Assembly: GCA_041659405.1 (NCBI GenBank) | Contig: JBAZYK010000015.1 | Span: 1 to 26,854, forward strand | DNA from: Candidatus Altimarinota bacterium | GTDB taxonomy: Bacteria > Patescibacteriota > Gracilibacteria > UBA1369 | DNA: 26,854 nt | Reading direction: 5' to 3' | Notes under the pieces: generated by a model | Database searches by the model: none | The model's input: only the letters and a program-made list of their open reading frames with translations | Told to the model about the DNA's origin: nothing | Translations under genes and position numbers: made by a program | In this document: positions 1 to 7,501 of the stretch, piece by piece | Layout of the letters: each line of letters begins with the position of its first letter | Position numbering within the stretch: the stretch's first letter is position 1

Positions 1-140
1 ATGCCAGATTAAAAGGATTCAGATTACTGGTTCGTGGGGTGAGTGATGTTGATTTCTTTTTATATCGCATTGTTCAGCTCTATGTCTAGCGATTTAATTT
101 ATTCAAACCAAAAAGCGTATGATCCCATATTATACCGCTG

Positions 141-173
141 CCAATAAGTTCGCATTGCGTGCGAACGTTGTGC
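141..173 (+). repeat. attC-like recombination site 1 (right half)
   Basis: Perfect 7-bp inverted repeat GTTCGCA(148-154)/TGCGAAC(160-166), immediately followed by R'-like GTTGTGC (167-173). Same ...GCGAAC|GTT junction as the other sites. Confidence 0.5.
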
Positions 174-230
174 AACATGGCAAAATCAACTATAATAACA
201 TCTAGTCTTTACAATTTTAATACAATTAAT

Positions 231-482
231 ATGTCTAATCCAAATTCACCGAGAGATCTTGATCCAGCTGAAAAATTAGAAGAACTGGGTTTAGCAGTGG
301 GCCCCGATGGCATATTAAGGGGTAATGAAATAACTGGTTTCACAATAGGTTTACCAAATAAAGAAGGTGTTGTTTTAATAAAAGGTCCCGATGGTACTGA
401 ATTCAAGCTTGAAGGTGTAAAAGGGATACAGATTAAAAAAATGAATGTTTCTGGCCGTGGGAAAGTAGGAATAGTCCTTTAA
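231..482 (+). CDS. hypothetical protein, 83 aa (cassette ORF); ORF track opens at 159 but the ATG at 231 lies fully inside the cassette
   Basis: ORF MSNPNSPRDLDPAEKLEELGLAVGPDG... No family recognised. Confidence 0.55.
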   Translation: MSNPNSPRDLDPAEKLEELGLAVGPDGILRGNEITGFTIGLPNKEGVVLIKGPDGTEFKLEGVKGIQIKKMNVSGRGKVGIVL

Positions 483-497
483 ACATTTTGCCAAATC

Positions 498-611
498 GCA
501 CAACAGCACCCAAGCGGTTCGCTGCGGCTCACCCAAATTTTTTGTGGCGGTGGTCGCTCCGCTCCAAATTGTACCGCCATAAAAAACTTCAGTTAGGCGC
601 GAACGTTAGCG
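498..611 (+). repeat. attC-like recombination site 2 (most complete)
   Basis: R''-like GCACAAC (498-504) is the exact reverse complement of GTTGTGC that opens this cassette at 167. It is followed by AGCACCCAAGCGG, then an imperfect 14-bp stem 538-551/573-586, then GCGCGAAC|GTTAGCG (605). Confidence 0.6.
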
Positions 612-672
612 GTTCGGTTTCTTTGCCTTATTTTCTATTTTTTGATAAAATACAGGTGCTTAAAATTTTCCT

Positions 673-897
673 ATGAAAACAACACAATTCACCGTTTATA
701 TAGAACAAGATGAAGATGGAATGTTCATCGGCTCCATTCCGACAGTCCCTAGTTGTCACGCAGAAGGAAAAACACAAGTTGAGATGTTAAAAAATCTTGA
801 TGAGGTTTTGGAGTTATGCCTTCGCAATGTGAACAAGAAAGAAATTATGAAAACAAAATTTATTGGCATCCAAAATCTAGAGCTTTCCCATGCCTAA
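673..897 (+). CDS. hicB: HicB-family antitoxin (N-terminal-type HicB domain)
   Basis: FTVYIEQDEDGMFIGSIPTVPSCHAEGKTQVEMLKNLDEVLELCL matches the HicB fold pattern, and it overlaps the downstream HicA ORF by 8 nt. Confidence 0.85.
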   Translation: MKTTQFTVYIEQDEDGMFIGSIPTVPSCHAEGKTQVEMLKNLDEVLELCLRNVNKKEIMKTKFIGIQNLELSHA

Positions 898-1114
898 ACT
901 CATCCCCATCAAACCAAAGAAGCTCATCAAAATACTGATCTTCATTGGTTTCGTCAAAAGAGATGCACAGGGTTCACATGTGTTTTTCGGACATAAAGAT
1001 GGAAGAACAACAGTAGTGCCAATCCATAATCGAGAGCTGAGTAAGGGACTGCTTAGGAAAATTTTAAACGACGTTCAACTATCAATTGAAGAATACGAGA
1101 AATTAAGAAAATAA
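890..1114 (+). CDS. hicA: HicA-family mRNA interferase toxin
   Basis: MPKLIPIKPKKLIKILIFIGFVKRDAQGSHVFFGHKDGRTTVVPIHNRELSKGLLRKILNDVQLSIEEYEKL: dsRBD-like HicA with the conserved GSH motif. Confidence 0.88.
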   Translation: MPKLIPIKPKKLIKILIFIGFVKRDAQGSHVFFGHKDGRTTVVPIHNRELSKGLLRKILNDVQLSIEEYEKLRK

Positions 1115-1203
1115 GGCAAGTAAACATCACCCAAATTGACTGGTTATGGCCTTTCGGCACATTATACAACCAGCCAAACTTCGCCAACGCGCGAACGTTA
1201 GGT
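1115..1203 (+). repeat. attC-like recombination site 3
   Basis: AAACATCACCCAAATTG, stem TTGACTGGTT(1136-1145)/AACCAGCCAA(1168-1177) with one mismatch, AAACTTCGCCAACGCGCGAAC|GTTAGGT (1197-1203). Confidence 0.6.
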
Positions 1204-1237
1204 GAAATTGCAATTTTTTAAATATTTATCATTAATT

Positions 1238-1612
1238 ATGAAAAAAATAAAAATTCCTTTGTTTGTAGCAATAACATCGGCAATTGTTTTTTTGCTTGAA
1301 ATGTTTTCTTTTTCTATCGGCAGAGTTATCTATAAAATTTTTCCTTGTAGACAAGATCCGATGAACTCATTTCCATGTTTTGGTATTTATGACATATACG
1401 CTGGCTTTATAAAATACGCTGTCTGGAAAGAAGGGAAATACTACGTTTCTCAATGTCTCAACGTAGATGTTTCCAGTTTTGGGAAAACCAAAAAAGAGGC
1501 TTTGAAAAATTTGGAGGAAGCTTTAGAGCTTTATTTTGAAGAGTCAAAAGCCCCAAAAGTAACAAAGATCATGGATGTTCACATTGTTTCTGGATCTTTA
1601 AAGTATGCCTAA
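1238..1612 (+). CDS. N-terminal transmembrane segment fused to a HicB-like domain (GTG at 1202 is an alternative start)
   Basis: N-term MKKIKIPLFVAITSAIVFLLEMFSFSIG is hydrophobic. The C-term KYAVWKEGKYYVSQCLNVDVSSFGKTKKEALKNLEEALELYFEE is a HicB domain. Confidence 0.7.
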   Translation: MKKIKIPLFVAITSAIVFLLEMFSFSIGRVIYKIFPCRQDPMNSFPCFGIYDIYAGFIKYAVWKEGKYYVSQCLNVDVSSFGKTKKEALKNLEEALELYFEESKAPKVTKIMDVHIVSGSLKYA

Positions 1613-1758
1613 ATTACATTCATCAAAAGAAATTATTAAAGTCCTTGAACAAAAAGGCTTTGTTTTTGTTTCTCAAAAAGGAAATACCGGAAGGGACTTT
1701 CAGGTCAATCCTAAGGCAATCGAACACAACTGAAGAAGATTTCAAAAAGAAAAAATAA
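1605..1758 (+). pseudogene. degenerate hicA with an internal deletion/frameshift
   Basis: Frame A from ATG 1605 reads MPKLHSSKEIIKVLEQKGFVFVSQKG. Frame B ending at TAA 1756-1758 reads KEIPEGTFRSILRQSNTTEEDFKKKK. These match the N- and C-terminal parts of HicA, with the central part (GSH motif) missing. Confidence 0.8.
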
Positions 1759-1760
1759 GT

Positions 1761-1800
1761 CAAATTGCAAAAAACTTCGGTTCGCGCGCAAACGTTGTGC
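1761..1800 (+). repeat. attC-like recombination site 4 (left part degenerate)
   Basis: CAAAAAACTTCGGTTCGCGCGCAAAC|GTTGTGC matches the right-half consensus of sites 2 and 3. R' GTTGTGC (1794-1800) equals that of site 1. Confidence 0.5.
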
Positions 1801-1848
1801 GACATATTTTGTGCTAATATAGGCTCACATATTTTTTAAATTTTTATT

Positions 1849-2211
1849 ATGAAAAAAACCATAATATTAACAGTACTCATTAATCTTATGATCACAGGAA
1901 CAGCCTTGGCACTTGTCCAAATAAAACAGTTCTCTGATGTTGAAAAAGGAAGTTTTTATTCTACAGCAGTTGATAACATGGTTTATCAAGGCGTTGTTAA
2001 AGGATACGATGACGGATTATTTCATCCAAATGACGGTGTGAATCGTGCCCAAGCCGTAACAATGCTAGATAGATATGATCAAAATTTAAAAGATACAGAG
2101 ATTAAATATTTAAAAACAATGGTATGCACAGGATTTAATGAAAATACAGGTTCATATCCTGACTATAAAGCAGCATACCAAAAATTATGCATGCCTTTAG
2201 TAGCTAACTAA
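1849..2211 (+). CDS. secreted single-SLH-domain protein
   Basis: Signal peptide MKKTIILTVLINLMITGTALA, then FSDVEKGSFYSTAVDNMVYQGVVKGYDDGLFHPNDGVNRAQAVTML (S-layer homology pattern). Confidence 0.82.
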   Translation: MKKTIILTVLINLMITGTALALVQIKQFSDVEKGSFYSTAVDNMVYQGVVKGYDDGLFHPNDGVNRAQAVTMLDRYDQNLKDTEIKYLKTMVCTGFNENTGSYPDYKAAYQKLCMPLVAN

Positions 2212-2217
2212 CAATAC

Positions 2218-2256
2218 GCCTAACAGCGCCCAACCGGTTCGCCGCAAACATTATGT
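2218..2256 (+). repeat. attC-like recombination site 5
   Basis: GCCTAAC (2218-2224, matches RYYYAAC), AGCGCCCAACCGGTTCGCCGCAAAC|ATTATGT. Confidence 0.5.
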
Positions 2257-2509
2257 GACATTTATTTTTATGCTTGATATCTTCATTGAAGTAATAGAAA
2301 GGTTTGGAATCGCAGGATATTTCCTCGCAATTTCCTTATTTATATATGCAATAATATTAATTATTGCATTCCCATTAGCCCTAGGAATGTTAATTTATTC
2401 TTTAATTTTCAAAAACTGGAAAATTTGGCGAAATTGGAAATATGTAGGTTATGCTGCATTGGTAGGATTAATCATTAGAATAATAGGAATATATTTGTTA
2501 AAAGCATAA
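2255..2509 (+). CDS. small membrane protein (cassette ORF)
   Basis: 84 aa with two hydrophobic segments (GYFLAISLFIYAIILIIAFPLALGMLIYSLIF; YVGYAALVGLIIRIIGIYLL). Confidence 0.5.
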   Translation: MTFIFMLDIFIEVIERFGIAGYFLAISLFIYAIILIIAFPLALGMLIYSLIFKNWKIWRNWKYVGYAALVGLIIRIIGIYLLKA

Positions 2510-2515
2510 AAATAA

Positions 2516-2528
2516 ACAGCGCCCAACC
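2516..2528 (+). repeat. attC-like remnant 6 (left part only)
   Basis: ACAGCGCCCAACC repeats the site-5 left part, but no GCGAAC|GTT right half follows before the oppositely oriented gene. Confidence 0.35.
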
Positions 2529-2579
2529 GACATTAAAACATCTAAAAGATGCTGTTTTGCTTTACATGGAAGTCGAGAA

Positions 2580-3788
2580 TTAACTTGGTTGCAAACACTT
2601 TGTAGATATTTTAGTTGAAGTATATGGCCCACCAACATTCCCGCGATCACGCCAGGTATCTGTAGTCTCCAGGATATAATCTTCAACGCCGAAAGTATTT
2701 TGATAAAACTTTTTACAGTATGTGAGTTTATCCAAGTCTGCTCCGGAAACTCCATCGGAATCAGTAAGCCAATTCCCGTTTGCGTCAGTATGTTGATTTA
2801 CTTTTCCCCACCAGTACATAATACGAGGATTAGTACCTGGTGCTGTGTATTGCGTCGCCGCAACTGTCATAATATTGCCGGCAAAAAGTTGGCCCGATCC
2901 GTTATTCACCATTAATTCACCTGAAACATTAAACTGTAAAGATCCGCCATAAACACCATAGACCGTCGAACCAATAAGAGCTGAAGGACTAACATCAGCA
3001 ACAACCCTCAAAACCAGTGTTTGGTTGGCTATAAGCTGTATATTGACATAAGGAAAGTTCATGCCGGCGGTGGTAACATTTTGAGTCGTGCCGAGTTGTA
3101 CACCAGTCACATCGTCGTAGAGGCGTAAAGTGGAAATATTCTGGTAGCCGTTTGGCATTGGTAATAGCGAAACAGCGAAGCTATTTAAGGTACCGTCGCA
3201 ATTCGGAGTTGCGTTGAATTTCGTTAGAGTAACCCCGCTTTGACCGGGACTTATGTTTTGCGCCGCAGGAGTTGTTGGAGCAACGGAGACCGAGAACAAG
3301 CATGACGGAGTCGTAGGAACGCTTGGCATGCTCGTGACGGTGAAATATTGACCAAGGCTCATCTTGCCATAAGCGTTCACCACTTTAATTTGAATTTTGC
3401 ACGATCCGGGCTTTATTTTAGCTAAGCTCGCCGAACAATCCGCCTTAACTTTGTCGGAAATGAGATTAACATTAAAAGTAAGTGTCTTCCCGTCAGGCGA
3501 AAGAATGGGTTGGTCTAAAACTTCACTTTGAATTAAAATATAGTTGCCTGGGGCGTACACCTTTCCGTTTATTTGAGTACCGGTGATTCCTTGAATTGAC
3601 GATGAAAATCCGGAACCCGATATAACAACTTCCGTTCCGGTAGCACCCTGGTTTGGTGAAATTGAACTGATTTTCACCATGCTTTCCGCTTTTGGTATAG
3701 CACCCTGGAATAATATTATTCCAGCGATAGCAACCGTACTAAACATCGAGGCGATTTGAACTTTTTTATTTTTCAATAATTTTTTCAT
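2580..3788 (-). CDS. secreted IPT/TIG-domain surface protein
   Basis: N-terminal hydrophobic signal, then VKISSISPNQGATGTEVVISGSGFSSS... (IPT/TIG motif). Confidence 0.75.
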   Translation of the reverse strand: MKKLLKNKKVQIASMFSTVAIAGIILFQGAIPKAESMVKISSISPNQGATGTEVVISGSGFSSSIQGITGTQINGKVYAPGNYILIQSEVLDQPILSPDGKTLTFNVNLISDKVKADCSASLAKIKPGSCKIQIKVVNAYGKMSLGQYFTVTSMPSVPTTPSCLFSVSVAPTTPAAQNISPGQSGVTLTKFNATPNCDGTLNSFAVSLLPMPNGYQNISTLRLYDDVTGVQLGTTQNVTTAGMNFPYVNIQLIANQTLVLRVVADVSPSALIGSTVYGVYGGSLQFNVSGELMVNNGSGQLFAGNIMTVAATQYTAPGTNPRIMYWWGKVNQHTDANGNWLTDSDGVSGADLDKLTYCKKFYQNTFGVEDYILETTDTWRDRGNVGGPYTSTKISTKCLQPS

Positions 3789-3910
3789 ATTTTTATTTTA
3801 ATGATTTATAATGGAATCGTGACTATGAATATTGTACCACAATTAGGCAATTGTTGCAAACTTAACAAAGAGCGCCCACCCAATTCGGCCGCAGCCTCCC
3901 CCATTTTTTT

Positions 3911-4426
3911 TTGCATATGAAAAGACCAAAGCTGGTAAGGATTGATTTGGACAAGCCAATTACAGAGCTTGTTAGTCAAAGTGACCACAAAATATTAGGA
4001 ATCTGGGCAGCTGACTGTGCCGAGCGGGTCTTACACTACTTTGAAGAAAAATATCCGGAAGATAATCGTCCCCGAAAAGCTATAGAAGCACTCCGGACGT
4101 GGATTAAGACCGGCCTGTTTAAAATGGCCGATGTGCGAAAGAGTTCACTTTCGGCTCATGCGGCAGCCCGTGAAGTGAAAGAAAATGATGATGCCGCCCG
4201 ATCCGCCGCCCGCAGTGCAGGACAAGCAATGGCGACTGCGCATGTTCCCACTCATTCCATTGGCGCTGCTGTTTATGCAGCCACCGCCGTCCGCGACGCA
4301 ACCGGCTCCATTGATGACACTACCAGGGAACGAGATTGGCAATACCAGCACTTGCTCAATCTGAACAAAACATTTGGCACAACCCATCCCGCAAAGAAAA
4401 CGCTCTGGAGGTTCCGGCAAAAATAA
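3911..4426 (+). CDS. putative immunity protein (Imm-5-like family)
   Basis: HKILGIWAADCAERVLHYFEEKYPEDNRPRKAIEALRTWIKT...AHAAAREV...AARSAARSAGQAMATAHVPTHSIGAAVYAATAV, characteristic of proteins annotated putative immunity protein. Confidence 0.7.
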   Translation: MHMKRPKLVRIDLDKPITELVSQSDHKILGIWAADCAERVLHYFEEKYPEDNRPRKAIEALRTWIKTGLFKMADVRKSSLSAHAAAREVKENDDAARSAARSAGQAMATAHVPTHSIGAAVYAATAVRDATGSIDDTTRERDWQYQHLLNLNKTFGTTHPAKKTLWRFRQK

Positions 4427-4430
4427 AGTA

Positions 4431-5105
4431 TTAAAGCTCAAACGAAGGTTCCACAATTTCCACTTTGTCGCCAATCAGTTTAAACTTATTGGACAGATGT
4501 GGATGCGCGTGAATCGACAGAATTTTCCAGGGAACAAGTTGGTCCGCAGCTATTCCGGTCTTGCCCAAATCAGCTTTTTTGGGCAAAAATATCAGGTTTT
4601 CTTCATCCAGTACCCTAATGATAACCATCGTGTAATCAGTTTCAAATTTGACGGAAACAATGCGGCCGCCAAGCGAAACAGTTTTATTGAGTGCGAATTT
4701 ACTTTCCGGTTCAAATTTTTCGTCCGGCACATGCTTGATATCCTTTAGATCAGCCAAAGAAAGGCTGCCACCGAATTTCCAAGCGCCAGCTTCGTTGTTA
4801 AAACGAAGCATTAATTCCTGAGTGGAATTTTTTTTATCTTCAGTCTTCAGCGCTCCGGTTATATAAAGCAGTGCCTTTTCACCTTTTTGATCCAGGTGCG
4901 AAACGGTAAAGGAAACGGGAATCATCATTGGTGCCATTTGTAAGATACTCGCCTTCCCTTCCGGAGTTTTGAACATCTCCAGAAAAGATTTTTTGCTTTG
5001 TATATCTACAAATTGCATGGCTTTATCAACATCACCGGCCAAAATTGCCTGATTAAAATCATCGAAAATTTTCTTCAATTCCTCCATTGTTGCAGGTGCA
5101 TTCAT
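4431..5105 (-). CDS. hypothetical protein, 224 aa
   Basis: Long ORF with coding-like composition, convergent with 3911..4426. Family not recognised. Confidence 0.6.
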   Translation of the reverse strand: MNAPATMEELKKIFDDFNQAILAGDVDKAMQFVDIQSKKSFLEMFKTPEGKASILQMAPMMIPVSFTVSHLDQKGEKALLYITGALKTEDKKNSTQELMLRFNNEAGAWKFGGSLSLADLKDIKHVPDEKFEPESKFALNKTVSLGGRIVSVKFETDYTMVIIRVLDEENLIFLPKKADLGKTGIAADQLVPWKILSIHAHPHLSNKFKLIGDKVEIVEPSFEL

Positions 5106-5236
5106 AGTGTTAATTTTAATGAATTATTTGCACAATTCTATCACAATCAGAAATTCAAGTCATCGACGGGCTTCCCCTTTTTTGCAGTAATGGCCTTTCC
5201 GGCGTATGATGCTATCAAATACCTTAACAAAAAACT

Positions 5237-5710
5237 ATGAAAAAACTCTTAGTCCTATCTCTGACCGTTTTAGCTTTGACCGGTTGCACTCAACAAGTAC
5301 CTGCCGTAAATCAAGACATCAGCCAGCCAAAAACCAGCGTTAATCAACCGATCACCAATGCAAAAGAACCAATAGCAAATGTTAATACGCAAGTGGCCAA
5401 TCCCGCTCCAGCCGACAACCAGGCGCCGCAAATTATCTCGGCCATTTTTGATGGTAATGGCATTGTTATCCAGGGAAAAAATCTGAGTGATTCTTATGTA
5501 GCTTTCAATGCCCCACCTTCCAGAGCACTCTGCCAAGAAATGATTACTCCAAGCTGCGTTTTACAGAAAGCTGTAGCAACCGACACCACCATCAAATTTA
5601 TCAGCAACTCAATCGGTTCGCCCGGTTCTTATCAAATTTATGTTGAAAATAAAACAACCGGCAAAAGCAACGTGGTCAAGCTGACAATTCCCGTACCTCC
5701 GGCAAAATAG
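5237..5710 (+). CDS. lipoprotein with an IPT/TIG-like domain
   Basis: Lipobox LALTGC, then QAPQIISAIFDGNGIVIQGKNLSDSYVAFN. Confidence 0.65.
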   Translation: MKKLLVLSLTVLALTGCTQQVPAVNQDISQPKTSVNQPITNAKEPIANVNTQVANPAPADNQAPQIISAIFDGNGIVIQGKNLSDSYVAFNAPPSRALCQEMITPSCVLQKAVATDTTIKFISNSIGSPGSYQIYVENKTTGKSNVVKLTIPVPPAK

Positions 5711-5740
5711 TTCAGTTCTTGATAGATAAAATCCTAAACT

Positions 5741-6031
5741 ATGGACCCAACTCCGGAAATAAAAAAAGAGGAAGAATTGCACGATGTGGAAGTTACAAAA
5801 GAGCAGTTTAAAACCCTCTATTTTCAATATGCCACACCCGATAGCGGTTGGGGTGAAGCCAATTGGCATAGTACTTTTGAAAAACAAGAAGGTGAAAAAT
5901 ATTTCTTCATGAAATCTGCAAACCCGGAAGCAGTCATGTGTATTTCCACGGGGCAAAAAGAAAACCGCATCTATTTTTTAACGGAAGACGCATTAGACTC
6001 ATTTTACGATTTCCCCGGAAAAGACGATTAA
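5741..6031 (+). CDS. hypothetical protein, 96 aa
   Basis: ORF directly upstream of the HD-domain gene, same strand. Confidence 0.55.
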   Translation: MDPTPEIKKEEELHDVEVTKEQFKTLYFQYATPDSGWGEANWHSTFEKQEGEKYFFMKSANPEAVMCISTGQKENRIYFLTEDALDSFYDFPGKDD

Positions 6032-6041
6032 AATTATTCTT

Positions 6042-6461
6042 ATGAATCAACTCGAAAAAGCAATTCAAATAGCGCTCAAAGCCCATGAAAAACAGGTGGA
6101 TAAGGGCGGCCATACTTACGTTCTTCATCCGCTAAGAGTCATGGTACAGATGCCGACCGAAGAACTGCAGATTATTGCTGTTTTGCATGATGTGGTGGAG
6201 GACAGCAATTATACTTTTGAGGATTTGGTCAAAGAAGGATTCAGCGCTGAAGTGCTGGAAGCTTTAACGGCTATAACTAAACAAAAAAACGAGCAGTATG
6301 ATGATTTTATAAAACGCATTAAAAAAAATCCCTTGGCGGTTCAGGTAAAACTCGCCGACCTGAAAGATAATTCCAATTTAGATCGCATTCCAAATCCAAC
6401 CGAAATCGATTTGGAACGGGTGGAGAAATACAAAAAAGCGATTGAATTTCTTACTTCATAA
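6042..6461 (+). CDS. HD-domain phosphohydrolase similar to the RelA/SpoT N-terminal HD domain
   Basis: ALKAHEKQVDKGGHTYVLHPLRV...AVLHDVVEDSNYTFEDL...KLADLKDNSNLDR. Confidence 0.8.
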   Translation: MNQLEKAIQIALKAHEKQVDKGGHTYVLHPLRVMVQMPTEELQIIAVLHDVVEDSNYTFEDLVKEGFSAEVLEALTAITKQKNEQYDDFIKRIKKNPLAVQVKLADLKDNSNLDRIPNPTEIDLERVEKYKKAIEFLTS

Positions 6462-6467
6462 AAACAT

Positions 6468-6620
6468 ATGAAACATTTAAAATTTACAAATTTCGCAGTA
6501 TTCATAATCTTCTTTGGAATAGCTTTAATTGAAGCACTGCAAAAACAAAATTGGCTTGAAGCGGCTCTTTTTCTAGCTTTAGGAATACTTTCTCTTTGGG
6601 CTGATTTTAGAAAAAACTAA
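6468..6620 (+). CDS. small membrane protein, 50 aa
   Basis: Manual translation: MKHLKFTNFAVFIIFFGIALIEALQKQNWLEAALFLALGILSLWADFRKN. Not in the provided ORF track. Confidence 0.4.
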   Translation: MKHLKFTNFAVFIIFFGIALIEALQKQNWLEAALFLALGILSLWADFRKN

Positions 6621-6746
6621 AGCGCTCTTTTTGCTGGAATCACTATGTCTAAAATAACATTCTCAATAATCCGGGACGAAAACGAGCTGGAGATTTTGCG
6701 CGATAAACGAAGGAATTACCTATAAACTCAATTTTTAATTCACACC

Positions 6747-7067
6747 ATGACTTCAATCGAATATCTAAGACAATTTAAAGTTCTTGATTACGCCATTTTT
6801 GATCTTGTCTTATCCTTTGTGGGAATTTATTTACTCGCGCCTCTACTATCAAAAATCTTTCTAAAACTCCGACTAAAAATTTCCAAAAAAAGTTGGATGT
6901 TTTTAACCTTACCAATCAGCATTTTGGTCCATATAATGGTTGGAACCATGACTCCAATGACCAAATATTTTCTGGATATTCAGGATCATTATATTTTAAA
7001 AATAATAATCCTGGGCTTATTGGCCCTTGGAATAAAAGATATTAAAATTGTCCCAAAGAAAACTTAG
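6747..7067 (+). CDS. small multi-pass membrane protein
   Basis: 106 aa, three hydrophobic segments. Confidence 0.5.
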   Translation: MTSIEYLRQFKVLDYAIFDLVLSFVGIYLLAPLLSKIFLKLRLKISKKSWMFLTLPISILVHIMVGTMTPMTKYFLDIQDHYILKIIILGLLALGIKDIKIVPKKT

Positions 7068-7074
7068 TTTTAGC

Positions 7075-7455
7075 CTAAGCCCAAAAACCCTGGTACGTCA
7101 GCCATAATCCAAGCAGAACCACAATTACCAAAGCTACTGGATACCAAGGTGTTAAGCTGACTTTTTTGATAATTTTCTTGGAAAAATCACTGAAAAACAA
7201 TCTGACAACCCCCTTTAGCAATGCAACCCAGCCTGTTAACGTAATAATTACACGCCAATCCGAGACCCAAAGATTATGGCTTGCCACCATCAAAATACCA
7301 ACTATCAAAGAAATTGAACCGGTTATCAGCAAAAAAGTATCATCCTGCGCCTCATGAATAATTAGCTTATAAGCTTTTTTATTTACCAACAAAGCAAGTC
7401 CAACCACGACAAAATAAGCCCCCAGAACTTTTGCCAGGAAAAGAGAAGTTTCCAT
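7075..7455 (-). CDS. multi-pass membrane protein, 126 aa
   Basis: Likely start is the internal Met (METSLFLAKVLGAYFVVVGLALLVNKK...). Four hydrophobic segments. Confidence 0.6.
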   Translation of the reverse strand: METSLFLAKVLGAYFVVVGLALLVNKKAYKLIIHEAQDDTFLLITGSISLIVGILMVASHNLWVSDWRVIITLTGWVALLKGVVRLFFSDFSKKIIKKVSLTPWYPVALVIVVLLGLWLTYQGFWA

Positions 7456-7501
7456 AGGAAGGAAATTAAAAAAATATTTCAACCGACAGAATTGTACATC
7501 C

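Noticed and set aside
1623-1805. Minus-strand 60-aa ORF
   Set aside because: It lies antisense over the decayed hicA and the attC-like site 4, with no supporting signature.
1-2600. Integron integrase gene next to the attC-like sites
   Set aside because: No tyrosine-recombinase-like ORF found in the window. The array claim rests only on repeats and cassette-like gene content.
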